Below are positions 9,097-17,125 of a stretch of 48,780 nt of DNA, piece after piece. The notes beneath the pieces are model-generated. The model was not told where the DNA came from and searched no databases. It saw only the letters and a list, made by a program, of their open reading frames with translations. This DNA comes from Pirellulales bacterium (GTDB lineage Bacteria; Planctomycetota; Planctomycetia; Pirellulales; JAICIG01). The translations under genes were made by a program, and so were the position numbers. How positions within the stretch are numbered: the stretch's first letter is position 1; each line of letters opens with the position of its first letter. The stretch lies in contig DATLQY010000967.1 of the NCBI GenBank assembly GCA_035534975.1, forward strand, positions 1-48,780, written 5' to 3'.

Positions 9097-12000
9097 ATGC
9101 CCGCCGACGAGCGCCTTGCCGAACTGCTCCTCGAATGGGAAGAGGGTCGCGACCAGGGGCGAGAGATCACCGCTGCCGAGCTCTGTCGCGATTGCCCAGA
9201 ATTGGCCTCCCAACTCGAGCGGCGGATACGCGCGCTGGACGCGATGGCCTGGCTCGAGGGCGACCCCTTGCAAACCGCCGACGAGTCGACGCACGGCCAG
9301 GGGCCGCGCGACGACACCAACGCCCCGGCCGATGGTCGTGCGTCGCAACGGCGCGCGCTGGGCGACTATGAGATCCTGGAAGAGATCGGCCGCGGCGGAA
9401 TGGGCGTGGTCTTCAAGGCCCGCCAGGTCAACCTGGGCCGGACGGTCGCGCTGAAAGTGATTCGAGCGGGCGAGTTGGCCGGTCGCGAACGGATTGCCCG
9501 GTTCCAGGCCGAGGCGCGGGCCGCGGCCAAGCTGGACCATCCGGGCATTGTTGCGGTGTACGAGGTCGGCCAATTCGGCGCCGAGCACTTTTATTCGATG
9601 GCTCTCGTGGCCGGCGGCAGCCTGGACGAGACCGTCAAAAACGCCGGCCCGCTCGCGCCGCGCGAGGCCGCGCAACTGCTCAAGAGCGTGGCCGAGGCCG
9701 TACAATTCGCCCATGAGAAGGGAATCGTCCACCGCGACATCAAGCCCCAGAATATCCTGCTCGACGGGTCTCGCGGACCCAGGATCGCCGACTTTGGCCT
9801 CGCGAAACAGATCGCCGTCGACGCAGGCCATGCTTTGCAGAGTGACGTCAGCGCGGAGAGGTTGACCCAGGCCGGCCAGATCATCGGCACGCCAAGCTAC
9901 ATGTCGCCCGAGCAGGCCACCGGCAATAGCGGAGAGATCGGCGCTGCCTCCGACATCTACTCGCTTGGCGCCACCCTCTACTGGCTGCTCACCGGCCGGC
10001 CCCCTTTTCAAACGGCCTCGGCCATCGAAACCATCCGCCAAGTGGTCGAGGCCGAGCCGGCGGCGCCGCGGCGGCTCAATTTGGCCATCCCACGCGATCT
10101 GGAAACGATTTGTCTCAAGTGCCTGAGGAAGGCGCCGGCCGCGCGTTATTCAACTGCGGGCGCCCTGGCGGCTGACTTGGGGCGCTGGCTTGAAGGCAAG
10201 CCGATCGTGGCGCGGCGTGCCACGCCGGCCGGCCGCGCGTGGCTCTGGTGCAAGCGCCGGCCCGCGGTCGCCTCGTTGTCGCTCGCGCTGGTAACAACCT
10301 TCGTGGCGGGAACACTGGTCGCCGTGGAGAAGCAGAATGCGCTGCGCGCCGAGGGGTACGTCGATTCGTTGATAAGCGCCGACATTGGTCAGGTGCCGCA
10401 AATCGTGGAGGAGCTCGAGCGCTACCGCGTTTGGGCAGACGCGTTGCTGGCCGAGCGTGACGCAAGCGCGGCCACCGATTCGGCCGAGAAGCTGCGTACC
10501 AGCCTGGCCCTGTTGCCGGTCGATGGGGCGAAAATGGCCTACCTGTGCAATCAATTGCTCCGCGTTTCACCGGCCGAATTCGTGGTCGCGAGGGATGCGC
10601 TGTTGCCCTACAAGGCTCGAATGCTCGCCGCGCGGCTCGTTGAGCCGCTCTGGGAGGCCGCCGCCGATGCGAAGCGGGAGGCGAGAGACCGCTTTCAAGC
10701 GGCTTGCGCTTTGGCGGCCTTCGCCCACGACGACGAGCGGTGGCGGCCCATCGCCCCATTCGTCGCCGGCCGCCTGGTGACGCTCGAGACCTCTGAGCTG
10801 GTGGCCTGGCGCGCGGCCCTGCGCCCGGCCCGAACGCAATTGATCGCGGCGCTGGGGGCAATCTATCGCGATGCGGCCGCACGAGAGCAATCGCGGATCT
10901 ACGCCACCGAGACGGTCGCCGATTACGCGGCCGACTCGCCGGAAACTTTGTTCGACCTGCTGGCCGACGCCGAGCCGTTCCAGTTCGCGACAATCTACGC
11001 GCGGCTTACGGCGCACCAGGGGCGCGCCATCGAGATGAGCGCAGCCGAGTTGGTCAAGAAGCCGCTGGAAAGCGCCTCGGAGGACGAAAAAGAACGGCTC
11101 GGCAAGAGGCAAGCCAACGCGGCGATGGCGTTGTGCAAGCTTGGGGCAACCGATCGCGTGTGGCCGCTGTTCGGGAACCATGCTGACGCACGCGCAAGGA
11201 GCTATTTCATCCACTGGCTCGGTCCGCTGGGGAGCGACCCGCGCCCGATTCTCGAACGGCTCGACCAGGAGCCCGACGCGGCGATTCGCCAGGCGTTGGT
11301 GCTCGTTTTGGGCGAATTCAGCGAGGCCCAGTTGGCGGCGGCCGAGCGAGGGCCGCTGATCGAACGGCTGCTGGGAATCTACGAAAAAAATCCGGACCGC
11401 GGGCTCCACGCCGCCGCCGAATGGCTGCTGCGGAAGTGGGGGCAAAGCGGGCGGATCGCGGAAATCGTCCACAAACTCCGCGAAAACGAGGAACAATTGC
11501 GGGCTCGCGCCGTCGACGATCCCCGGGAGTGGTACGTGAACACGCAGGGGCAGACATTTGTGATTCTGGAACCGGGTGAATTCCTGATGGGGTCGCCGGA
11601 GACCGAGCCGGGACATAACCCGAACGAGACCCAATTCCGCGGCACGATCGCTCATGCCATCGTCATCGCGGCTCATGAAGTAACGCTGGCGGACTGGCGG
11701 CGTTTCCAGCAGGAGCGCCCGGAGATTGCCGCCGTCGTCGACACCAGCGAATACGTCAAGACGGACGATTCGGCACAAGTGGGCATGGACTGGTACGAAT
11801 CGGCGGCCTACTGCAATTGGCTGAGCGAGAAACAAGGCATTCCTCCGGAAGAGTGGTGCTACGTTGCCAATGCCGAGGGGAACTACTCGGCCGGTATGGC
11901 TGCGCGGCCGAATGGCGCCGGGCTGCCGGGGTATCGTTTGCCGACCGAAAGCGAATGGGAATACGCATGCCGCGCCGGGACCACCACGGCCGCATATTGT

Positions 12001-12870
12001 GGCGGCAGCCAGGCGTTGCTGCCGCATTACGCGCGGTACGGGTCGAACGGCGAGGGCCGAACGTGGCCCGTTGGAAGCGTGAAACCCAATGATTGGGGCC
12101 TTTTCGATATGCTCGGAAATGTGCTGGAATGGTGCCACAACTCGTCGACGGCATACCCCACTGCGCGTGGCGGAAGAATCCTCGATTGGTTCGATACCAA
12201 GGCAGTCGGCGAAGCGGACCGCCGTGCAATGCGTGGAGGCGCCTACAGGACGTCGGGCTTCGATCTGCGCTGTGCCGCTCGCTACGACGATATGCCGGCG
12301 CTGCGCAATCCTTCGATTGGCTTCCGCCCCGCGCGAACCTGGGCTGTCGGCGGTGCCCGGCCCGAGCCGAATTCCATTGGCGGTCTCGGCCTCGACTGGG
12401 CCGACGAGATCGACTGCGCCAAAGGCCCGAAGGTGTTCAGCATCGGGCCGACATTCGACTCGGCGACAAGCTGGTCGCTGACGCTCGAGTTTTGGGCCAC
12501 AGAGTTTGCTAATGCCTTTCTTTTTTTCTGGGGCGACGAACGACGCGCGTGCGATCCAATTCACGTCGAGTTGGCAGGCGCCGAGTTGATTGCGGCCGTT
12601 GACGACTCGCGCAGCGGCGAACGCCACGAGATTGGTTGCCAGCTCAGCGACGCCGACCTGGGCCGGTGGAACCAACTGCGTATCGAATACGACGCGAAGG
12701 GGCCGGCGCTGGCCTTGTACCTGGGCGGAAAACTGATTCGCAATGACGCTTGCGAAGTCGTTCCTTGGCCCGATCGTCCGATGCCCTTGTACCTCGGCGG
12801 CAGGGAACCAACTTATGGCTCGATGCGATTTGTGGGACGCCTGCGGAACGTGCGGCTCGCAAACCGCTGA
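9097..12870 (+). CDS. Membrane Ser/Thr protein kinase with an extracytoplasmic HEAT-like region, an FGE-sulfatase-like domain and a C-terminal LamG-like domain
   Basis: 1257-aa ORF, 64 nt downstream of the sigma gene. Kinase motifs: GRGGMGVVFKA, VALKVI, HRDIKPQNILL, DFGLAK, GTPSYMSPEQ. TM segment at ~10261-10332 (AVASLSLALVTTFVAGTLVAV). FGE-like domain at ~11530-12340 (EFLMGSP, YRLPTESEWEYACRAGT, WGLFDMLGNVLEWC, MRGGAY, IGFRPAR). LamG-like tail at ~12400-12867 (WNQLRIEYDAKGPALALYLGGKLIRND.., RFVGRLRNVRLANR). Confidence 0.92.
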   Translation: MPADERLAELLLEWEEGRDQGREITAAELCRDCPELASQLERRIRALDAMAWLEGDPLQTADESTHGQGPRDDTNAPADGRASQRRALGDYEILEEIGRGGMGVVFKARQVNLGRTVALKVIRAGELAGRERIARFQAEARAAAKLDHPGIVAVYEVGQFGAEHFYSMALVAGGSLDETVKNAGPLAPREAAQLLKSVAEAVQFAHEKGIVHRDIKPQNILLDGSRGPRIADFGLAKQIAVDAGHALQSDVSAERLTQAGQIIGTPSYMSPEQATGNSGEIGAASDIYSLGATLYWLLTGRPPFQTASAIETIRQVVEAEPAAPRRLNLAIPRDLETICLKCLRKAPAARYSTAGALAADLGRWLEGKPIVARRATPAGRAWLWCKRRPAVASLSLALVTTFVAGTLVAVEKQNALRAEGYVDSLISADIGQVPQIVEELERYRVWADALLAERDASAATDSAEKLRTSLALLPVDGAKMAYLCNQLLRVSPAEFVVARDALLPYKARMLAARLVEPLWEAAADAKREARDRFQAACALAAFAHDDERWRPIAPFVAGRLVTLETSELVAWRAALRPARTQLIAALGAIYRDAAAREQSRIYATETVADYAADSPETLFDLLADAEPFQFATIYARLTAHQGRAIEMSAAELVKKPLESASEDEKERLGKRQANAAMALCKLGATDRVWPLFGNHADARARSYFIHWLGPLGSDPRPILERLDQEPDAAIRQALVLVLGEFSEAQLAAAERGPLIERLLGIYEKNPDRGLHAAAEWLLRKWGQSGRIAEIVHKLRENEEQLRARAVDDPREWYVNTQGQTFVILEPGEFLMGSPETEPGHNPNETQFRGTIAHAIVIAAHEVTLADWRRFQQERPEIAAVVDTSEYVKTDDSAQVGMDWYESAAYCNWLSEKQGIPPEEWCYVANAEGNYSAGMAARPNGAGLPGYRLPTESEWEYACRAGTTTAAYCGGSQALLPHYARYGSNGEGRTWPVGSVKPNDWGLFDMLGNVLEWCHNSSTAYPTARGGRILDWFDTKAVGEADRRAMRGGAYRTSGFDLRCAARYDDMPALRNPSIGFRPARTWAVGGARPEPNSIGGLGLDWADEIDCAKGPKVFSIGPTFDSATSWSLTLEFWATEFANAFLFFWGDERRACDPIHVELAGAELIAAVDDSRSGERHEIGCQLSDADLGRWNQLRIEYDAKGPALALYLGGKLIRNDACEVVPWPDRPMPLYLGGREPTYGSMRFVGRLRNVRLANR

Positions 12871-13186
12871 GAAAGGGGGGACAGTCGCACACGTTGCGGC
12901 AAGCAACACCCAATCCCTTCGCGGCCAAGGGCATCCTCGAGCGGCTGAACAAATACGATCACATATGCGGCCCGAGCCGGTGTTTTTGCCGCAGGCCGCC
13001 GTCCGTCTTGCGCCGAGCCGCCGCGGCGCTTCCGTCGCGGCGATTGCCGCGGGCACAGCATCGGCTCCAGAGCATAGATGTTGGTGGCCCTTCGCGACCG
13101 CCGGAATACCCGTCACTGACTGCCGGGCCTGGCGTTTGATGCCACTGACGCGATTCCTTTTCGTGCCCGGCCTGCAGCAATCTTTT

Positions 13187-13417
13187 TCAGCGCTTTTGGA
13201 TTGTCCCAACAACCTCAACGCGCACGGGAACGCCGTCGACCTCGGCAGGCAGCGAGATTCCCTCGGCGGGTTCCGTGGCCAGGTTAACCTTGAAGCCGTA
13301 CTGATCATGCCCAAGGGAGACGATGCCCACCGCCACCTCGCCAACCAGGTTCCGAAAGACCCGCGCGGCCTCGCACTTGGCCGCCCGCGCGTGCGCCAGC
13401 GTCGCTCCAGGATTCAT
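13187..13417 (-). CDS. Small hypothetical protein (76 aa)
   Basis: ATG at 13417 has GGTGGA about 9 nt upstream. Product: MNPGATLAHARAAKCEAARVFRNLVGEVAVGIVSLGHDQYGFKVNLATEPAEGISLPAEVDGVPVRVEVVGTIQKR. It looks like a compact alpha+beta protein, unlike the Arg/Gly-rich extension of the 131-aa track ORF. I recognise no family. Confidence 0.45.
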   Translation of the reverse strand: MNPGATLAHARAAKCEAARVFRNLVGEVAVGIVSLGHDQYGFKVNLATEPAEGISLPAEVDGVPVRVEVVGTIQKR

Positions 13418-13439
13418 AGTTCGATTTCCACCCCCAACG

Positions 13440-13720
13440 CGTTGAGGACGAGGTCGATTGGATTGGCGTAAGAGTGAGCCCCTTCCCGTTCGAACCGCCT
13501 TGATTACCACCGGCGACCCGGCACGCGTCGCGCCGGACCAATTCTCCATCGATGAAGAGCATGAGCCGCCTCGCTGGGGCATCGTGTTCGAAGCGGACCT
13601 GCGTCCAATTGCGTGCCCGGCGCCCCTTCAGCGGCACTCGGATGGCGTTCGTCTGGTCCTTCGTCGAGTCGTCGCCCCCCGCTCCGGCGGAATATGTTCC
13701 TCGCTCACGCTCCGCGATAG
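13440..13720 (-). pseudogene. LamG-like domain remnant, with no start codon. It is out of frame with the upstream ORF and truncated at its 3' end.
   Basis: The minus-strand frame opens after TGA at 13782-13784. It reads ..FGSSSSIAERERGTYSAGAGGDDSTKDQTNAIRVPLKGRRARNWTQVRFEHDAPARRLMLFIDGELVRRDACRVAGG... This is collinear with the kinase tail WNQLRIEYDAKGPALALYLGGKLIRNDACEVV. The first Met is at 13637, in the middle of the domain. The expected last LamG strands are absent. Confidence 0.35.
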
Positions 13721-14388
13721 AAGACGAAGAACCGAATTCGAACCAAACCCTGACGTCCCGCCTCTGCCGACGCTTTGACTTTCACTTGGTTGCCGTTGGT
13801 TGCTTCGGCCTCCAACGACCGAAACGCACCGCTATTGTATATGGCGTCCACTGGAATCGGGACGGCAGCCAAAACCTCATCACCCCAGCGTTCGGTGGGC
13901 ACGTGCTCAAATGCCTTGAATGTCTCGCCCGCGTCGCACTTGACCTTGACGGCACCGGGGACTTCACAGTTCAGCGCGAACACCATGTCGAACGACTTGA
14001 TATTGATTCGGTCGGCTACGACCGCGTTGGACAACTGGTCCAGACGTTTGCCGAGGGCCTCAAGCTGCTGGACGCCCGCCACCAGGCTACCTTCGACAGC
14101 GCGTTTGCTGCCGCCGTGCGCCAGCGCTGGCAAGTCAACCTTCGCGTCCTTCGCCAGCAGCGCTCCCTCGCGGACGCTGGTGCGGAACTCCTCGAGCGAT
14201 TTGACGCGAGCGACCAGGCCGTCTTTTTCGGCTGGGTCAGGCGGCGAGCGCGCGCCGGCGGCAAAGGCGGCGACGAGCACTAGCAGACTCGCGATCAGCC
14301 TCCGTTGTCGCGCCCGCAATTGCTCGTTTTCGAGGAACATCGCGCGGCATTGGTGTTCGAGCGATAAAGGCAACATTTCTCGCGACAT
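13705..14388 (-). CDS. Membrane-anchored hypothetical protein (227 aa) with a coiled-coil-like segment and a beta-rich C-terminal half
   Basis: ATG at 14388 has AAGGAG about 8 nt upstream. Product begins MSREMLPLSLEH..; TM segment RLIASLLVLVAAFAAGA. It ends ..GRQGLVRIRFFVFYRGA*, directly abutting the out-of-frame LamG-like remnant. Confidence 0.6.
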   Translation of the reverse strand: MSREMLPLSLEHQCRAMFLENEQLRARQRRLIASLLVLVAAFAAGARSPPDPAEKDGLVARVKSLEEFRTSVREGALLAKDAKVDLPALAHGGSKRAVEGSLVAGVQQLEALGKRLDQLSNAVVADRINIKSFDMVFALNCEVPGAVKVKCDAGETFKAFEHVPTERWGDEVLAAVPIPVDAIYNSGAFRSLEAEATNGNQVKVKASAEAGRQGLVRIRFFVFYRGA

Positions 14389-14463
14389 GGCAGGAACTCC
14401 TTGAGGTGAGCGGTTAATCAGGGCGTATAGCGCGTAACGCAACGTTCGCGAAAGGTAAAGACC

Positions 14464-15414
14464 CTACTGCTGCTTCTCCGCGAGCTCGGCACGAATTAAC
14501 TCCGGCCATCCGGGGCCCCAAATCGCCCTCAGCACATCGGACGTCGCTTCCTCGAGCTCGTCGAGCGAGCGTTCTCTCGGTGACAATTCTTCGCGCATCG
14601 CGTCTTTTCCGAATATCGCCTCGTATTGCCGCTCGATAAGCAACCAAAGCGACGTCATCTCAGGTGCAAACCCCATCTTGCCGGCTTCTCGCGCACCGTA
14701 AATCGCAATGGCGCTTTGCTCGAGGTAGTTGGCAATGCGCCGAAGTCGCGTCGACTCGCTCTCGTCTTGCCAGGCCGTGATCGAGCGATCGGCCACGTAG
14801 CTCAGGAACATCAGGAGCACCGTCAGACCGACGATGCCGGCGCCGCTATACACTAACATCTGCAAGGAGAACTTGGAGCGAGCTTCTCGGGGTGGCGCTC
14901 GGCGCGATCGCAATCGCTGCTCTGGTGGCCGGACGGGAATCGGTTGCGAATTTGGTGGGGGTGCGATCGGCCTTGGCACCTGAGCCACTGGTATTTGGGC
15001 GACCGGTTCCTGGGCGATTGGGATCGTTCGCGGCGGCATGTTTGGAGACGTAGGGACCGCCGCCAGCCGCGCCGCGAGGGGCGGTGGATTTTCGACCGGC
15101 GGAGGCGTGGCGGCTGAGCTCGCGCGATTCTGCATTCGCAGCCGCAAGTCGTAGTCGGCCTTCTTTCGCGCGTCGAGTAAGCAAATGCGCGCGGCGGCGA
15201 TTTCGTTCAGCAGTCGCTCGGCGATCTCGGCATGCTCGCCGGTCGTGCATCCGTGCAGGTAGGCCATCCGCACGTTGGCCGCCGTTTCGATGACCTCGGG
15301 ATCGGCCTCGAAGCGCTCGATGGCAAGCAAGCGGTAATGGTCGGCGGGCTGGTCCTTCGGTGGAATCCCCAGCCACTTGTGGTACGGATCGAATTGCCTC
15401 GGCTTTGCCCACAT
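14464..15414 (-). CDS. J-domain-like (DPYHKWLGIPP-type) membrane protein with a Pro-rich linker
   Basis: N-terminus: MWAKPRQFDPYHKWLGIPPKDQPADHYRLLAIERFEADPEVIETAANVRMAYLH. This degenerate DnaJ-like module is common in Planctomycetes. It is followed by a Pro-rich spacer, a TM segment (MLVYSGAGIVGLTVLLMFL) and a helical C-terminal domain. Confidence 0.8.
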   Translation of the reverse strand: MWAKPRQFDPYHKWLGIPPKDQPADHYRLLAIERFEADPEVIETAANVRMAYLHGCTTGEHAEIAERLLNEIAAARICLLDARKKADYDLRLRMQNRASSAATPPPVENPPPLAARLAAVPTSPNMPPRTIPIAQEPVAQIPVAQVPRPIAPPPNSQPIPVRPPEQRLRSRRAPPREARSKFSLQMLVYSGAGIVGLTVLLMFLSYVADRSITAWQDESESTRLRRIANYLEQSAIAIYGAREAGKMGFAPEMTSLWLLIERQYEAIFGKDAMREELSPRERSLDELEEATSDVLRAIWGPGWPELIRAELAEKQQ

Positions 15415-15684
15415 GGCTCACGCCGCGTCGCACGCGCGGCCTCCGGTTCCACAGCATCGTACTCTTCGTCCAGGCGGCACGCAACAACGCGGCCAAATCG
15501 GGCGACGCGAGCCCAGACGATTGGCTAGCTGGCCGAGGCCGCCGCTGGTGACCAGGGAGCTTTCCTCGTGACCCACTTTGTGGCTGCCCAGGCCGGTGAT
15601 TCAACGCTGAGCGTTGCGTCGCAAGCAGCCATTCTCCATTCCGGCGCCGAGGGCCAACGGACAGAGTTGCTGAGAGGTGGGAAT

Positions 15685-17085
15685 TCAAGGAAGGTGGTAC
15701 GGCATGACTTGCCGCGCAAATGCGATTGGGGTCGCGGCAAACGCGTTTTGCGGATCGATACCATGACGAATCACGACGACCTGGGCTTTTTCGCGGTGAA
15801 CGATGGCCCCCGGAGATCTGTCATGACACAGCGGGCGATCTTCCAAGAGTACATCGTGATCCAGGCCGTGGCACAACCACGGGTCTCCAGCGCAAACGTG
15901 AGGCTGCTGACCGGTGACCTGCGAAACGCCAAGTTGTTGGCGAATGAATGGCCCTCCGACCAATTTCTCCGTTTCTGCGACCCGCGCCAACAAAAGCACC
16001 AGAAAATGGTTCAGGCCGTAGACCCTGCCGAAATGCGTGCATGGATGAACAAGTTGCACGCTACCGGGGTTGTCTTCGAGAATCTGACACACTTTCGAAA
16101 TCAGGACCCTATCCCGCGCGTCGGCGTTTATGAGATCGGTGACTGCTTCCTCATAGGCGTCGTGCAATCGCTGGAGCGCTTTGTGCTCGTCGGTGGATCT
16201 TGGCCGGCACCAGACCAGCACTCGTTGAGCCTGGTCCTCCGCCGAAAACAATCTGTGGCGCACGTCGGTGGGAATCGTCCAACCGTCCTCTTCAAGTTTA
16301 AGAAAGACATCGGCCGCCGACTTTTTCGACGTCGCAAGGCGGATTACGTCTTGAAGCGCGCCGTCGCCACCGCCCGAGACCACGGCGCGAGGATTGGGCA
16401 TTGCGACTCCCCAATGGGGTCGTTCGAACGGGTCGCTTTCCCAAAATGCAAATCCCGAGTAATCCGGTTGCGCGAACCTGCGCTCCTCGCCGAAGCCGAC
16501 GCACCAAAGCACCATGCCAAAGACGTTCGATGCACCATTGTGAAACTTGATCCTCACGCCGACAACGTCGCCCGCGGCATTGGTTTCAGCCGTGGGAGTA
16601 CCGACCGCCCAGTCAAAGCGGCGAAAGGTCAATCGCGGGTCCGCCAATGCCACCCGCCAGCGGGACAACCAACTCAGTGCGATGCGGTGAGAGCGATCGG
16701 CCCTCCACGGCAGCGGCATGGGGGGCGATTGCGGATAGGGGAAACGTCCAGCCGCCCAGGAACGTCCTGCCGTCCAGAAATCGGCGGACCAATCGTATTG
16801 GGTCGGATCAAGCCATCGGGTCGTACAAAGCCGCTGCCGCAGGAACGGGGCCGCCGACCTCTCGACCAGGACGGTCTCCACTCCCAAATTCAACGCTTGC
16901 ATGGCCGCGGTAACGCCTGCCGCCCCCGCCCCGCAGACGAGGAGTCGCCTGTAAGCGGCTTCTCGTTTAGGTCCGAAGAAGCCAAGATCGTGTGCCTTTT
17001 GGACCAACCAACGTGCCCGGTTCATCTGGTCGCGGATGCTCACGGGGTAAGCCACGTCGGCGACGTTGTAGACGTACGCCGTCAT
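15685..17085 (-). CDS. FAD/NAD(P)-binding oxidoreductase with a two-dinucleotide-binding-domain layout; subfamily unknown
   Basis: GxGxxG motif: RRLLVCGAGAAGVTAAMQAL..VLVE. A second Gly-rich motif, AVVSGGGDGALQDV, lies about 220 aa later. I prefer ATG 17085 (MTAYVYNV) as the start. The track start, TTG 17169, would overlap the upstream gene by 44 nt. Confidence 0.75.
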   Translation of the reverse strand: MTAYVYNVADVAYPVSIRDQMNRARWLVQKAHDLGFFGPKREAAYRRLLVCGAGAAGVTAAMQALNLGVETVLVERSAAPFLRQRLCTTRWLDPTQYDWSADFWTAGRSWAAGRFPYPQSPPMPLPWRADRSHRIALSWLSRWRVALADPRLTFRRFDWAVGTPTAETNAAGDVVGVRIKFHNGASNVFGMVLWCVGFGEERRFAQPDYSGFAFWESDPFERPHWGVAMPNPRAVVSGGGDGALQDVIRLATSKKSAADVFLKLEEDGWTIPTDVRHRLFSAEDQAQRVLVWCRPRSTDEHKALQRLHDAYEEAVTDLINADARDRVLISKVCQILEDNPGSVQLVHPCTHFGRVYGLNHFLVLLLARVAETEKLVGGPFIRQQLGVSQVTGQQPHVCAGDPWLCHGLDHDVLLEDRPLCHDRSPGAIVHREKAQVVVIRHGIDPQNAFAATPIAFARQVMPYHLP

Positions 17086-17125
17086 CTCGTGAGCTCGGAG
17101 CAATTGATCGGACACCCAACCGCTC

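Noticed and set aside
11530-12340. Kinase FGE-like domain as the formylglycine-generating enzyme for the two sulfatases in the window
   Set aside because: I could not find the paired catalytic cysteines expected just before the RCAAR-like segment. The domain is fused to a sensor kinase ectodomain, so a ligand-binding role is more plausible.
10567-13344. 925-aa minus-strand ORF, with similar antisense giants at 34283..36133 (-), 15568..17205 (+), 20611..22185 (+), 20729..22219 (-), 18929..20047 (-) and 42120..43127 (-)
   Set aside because: Each is antisense or out of frame to a gene with unmistakable kinase, sulfatase, oxidoreductase or flavoprotein motifs. Their products are Arg/Pro/Gly-rich and low in complexity.
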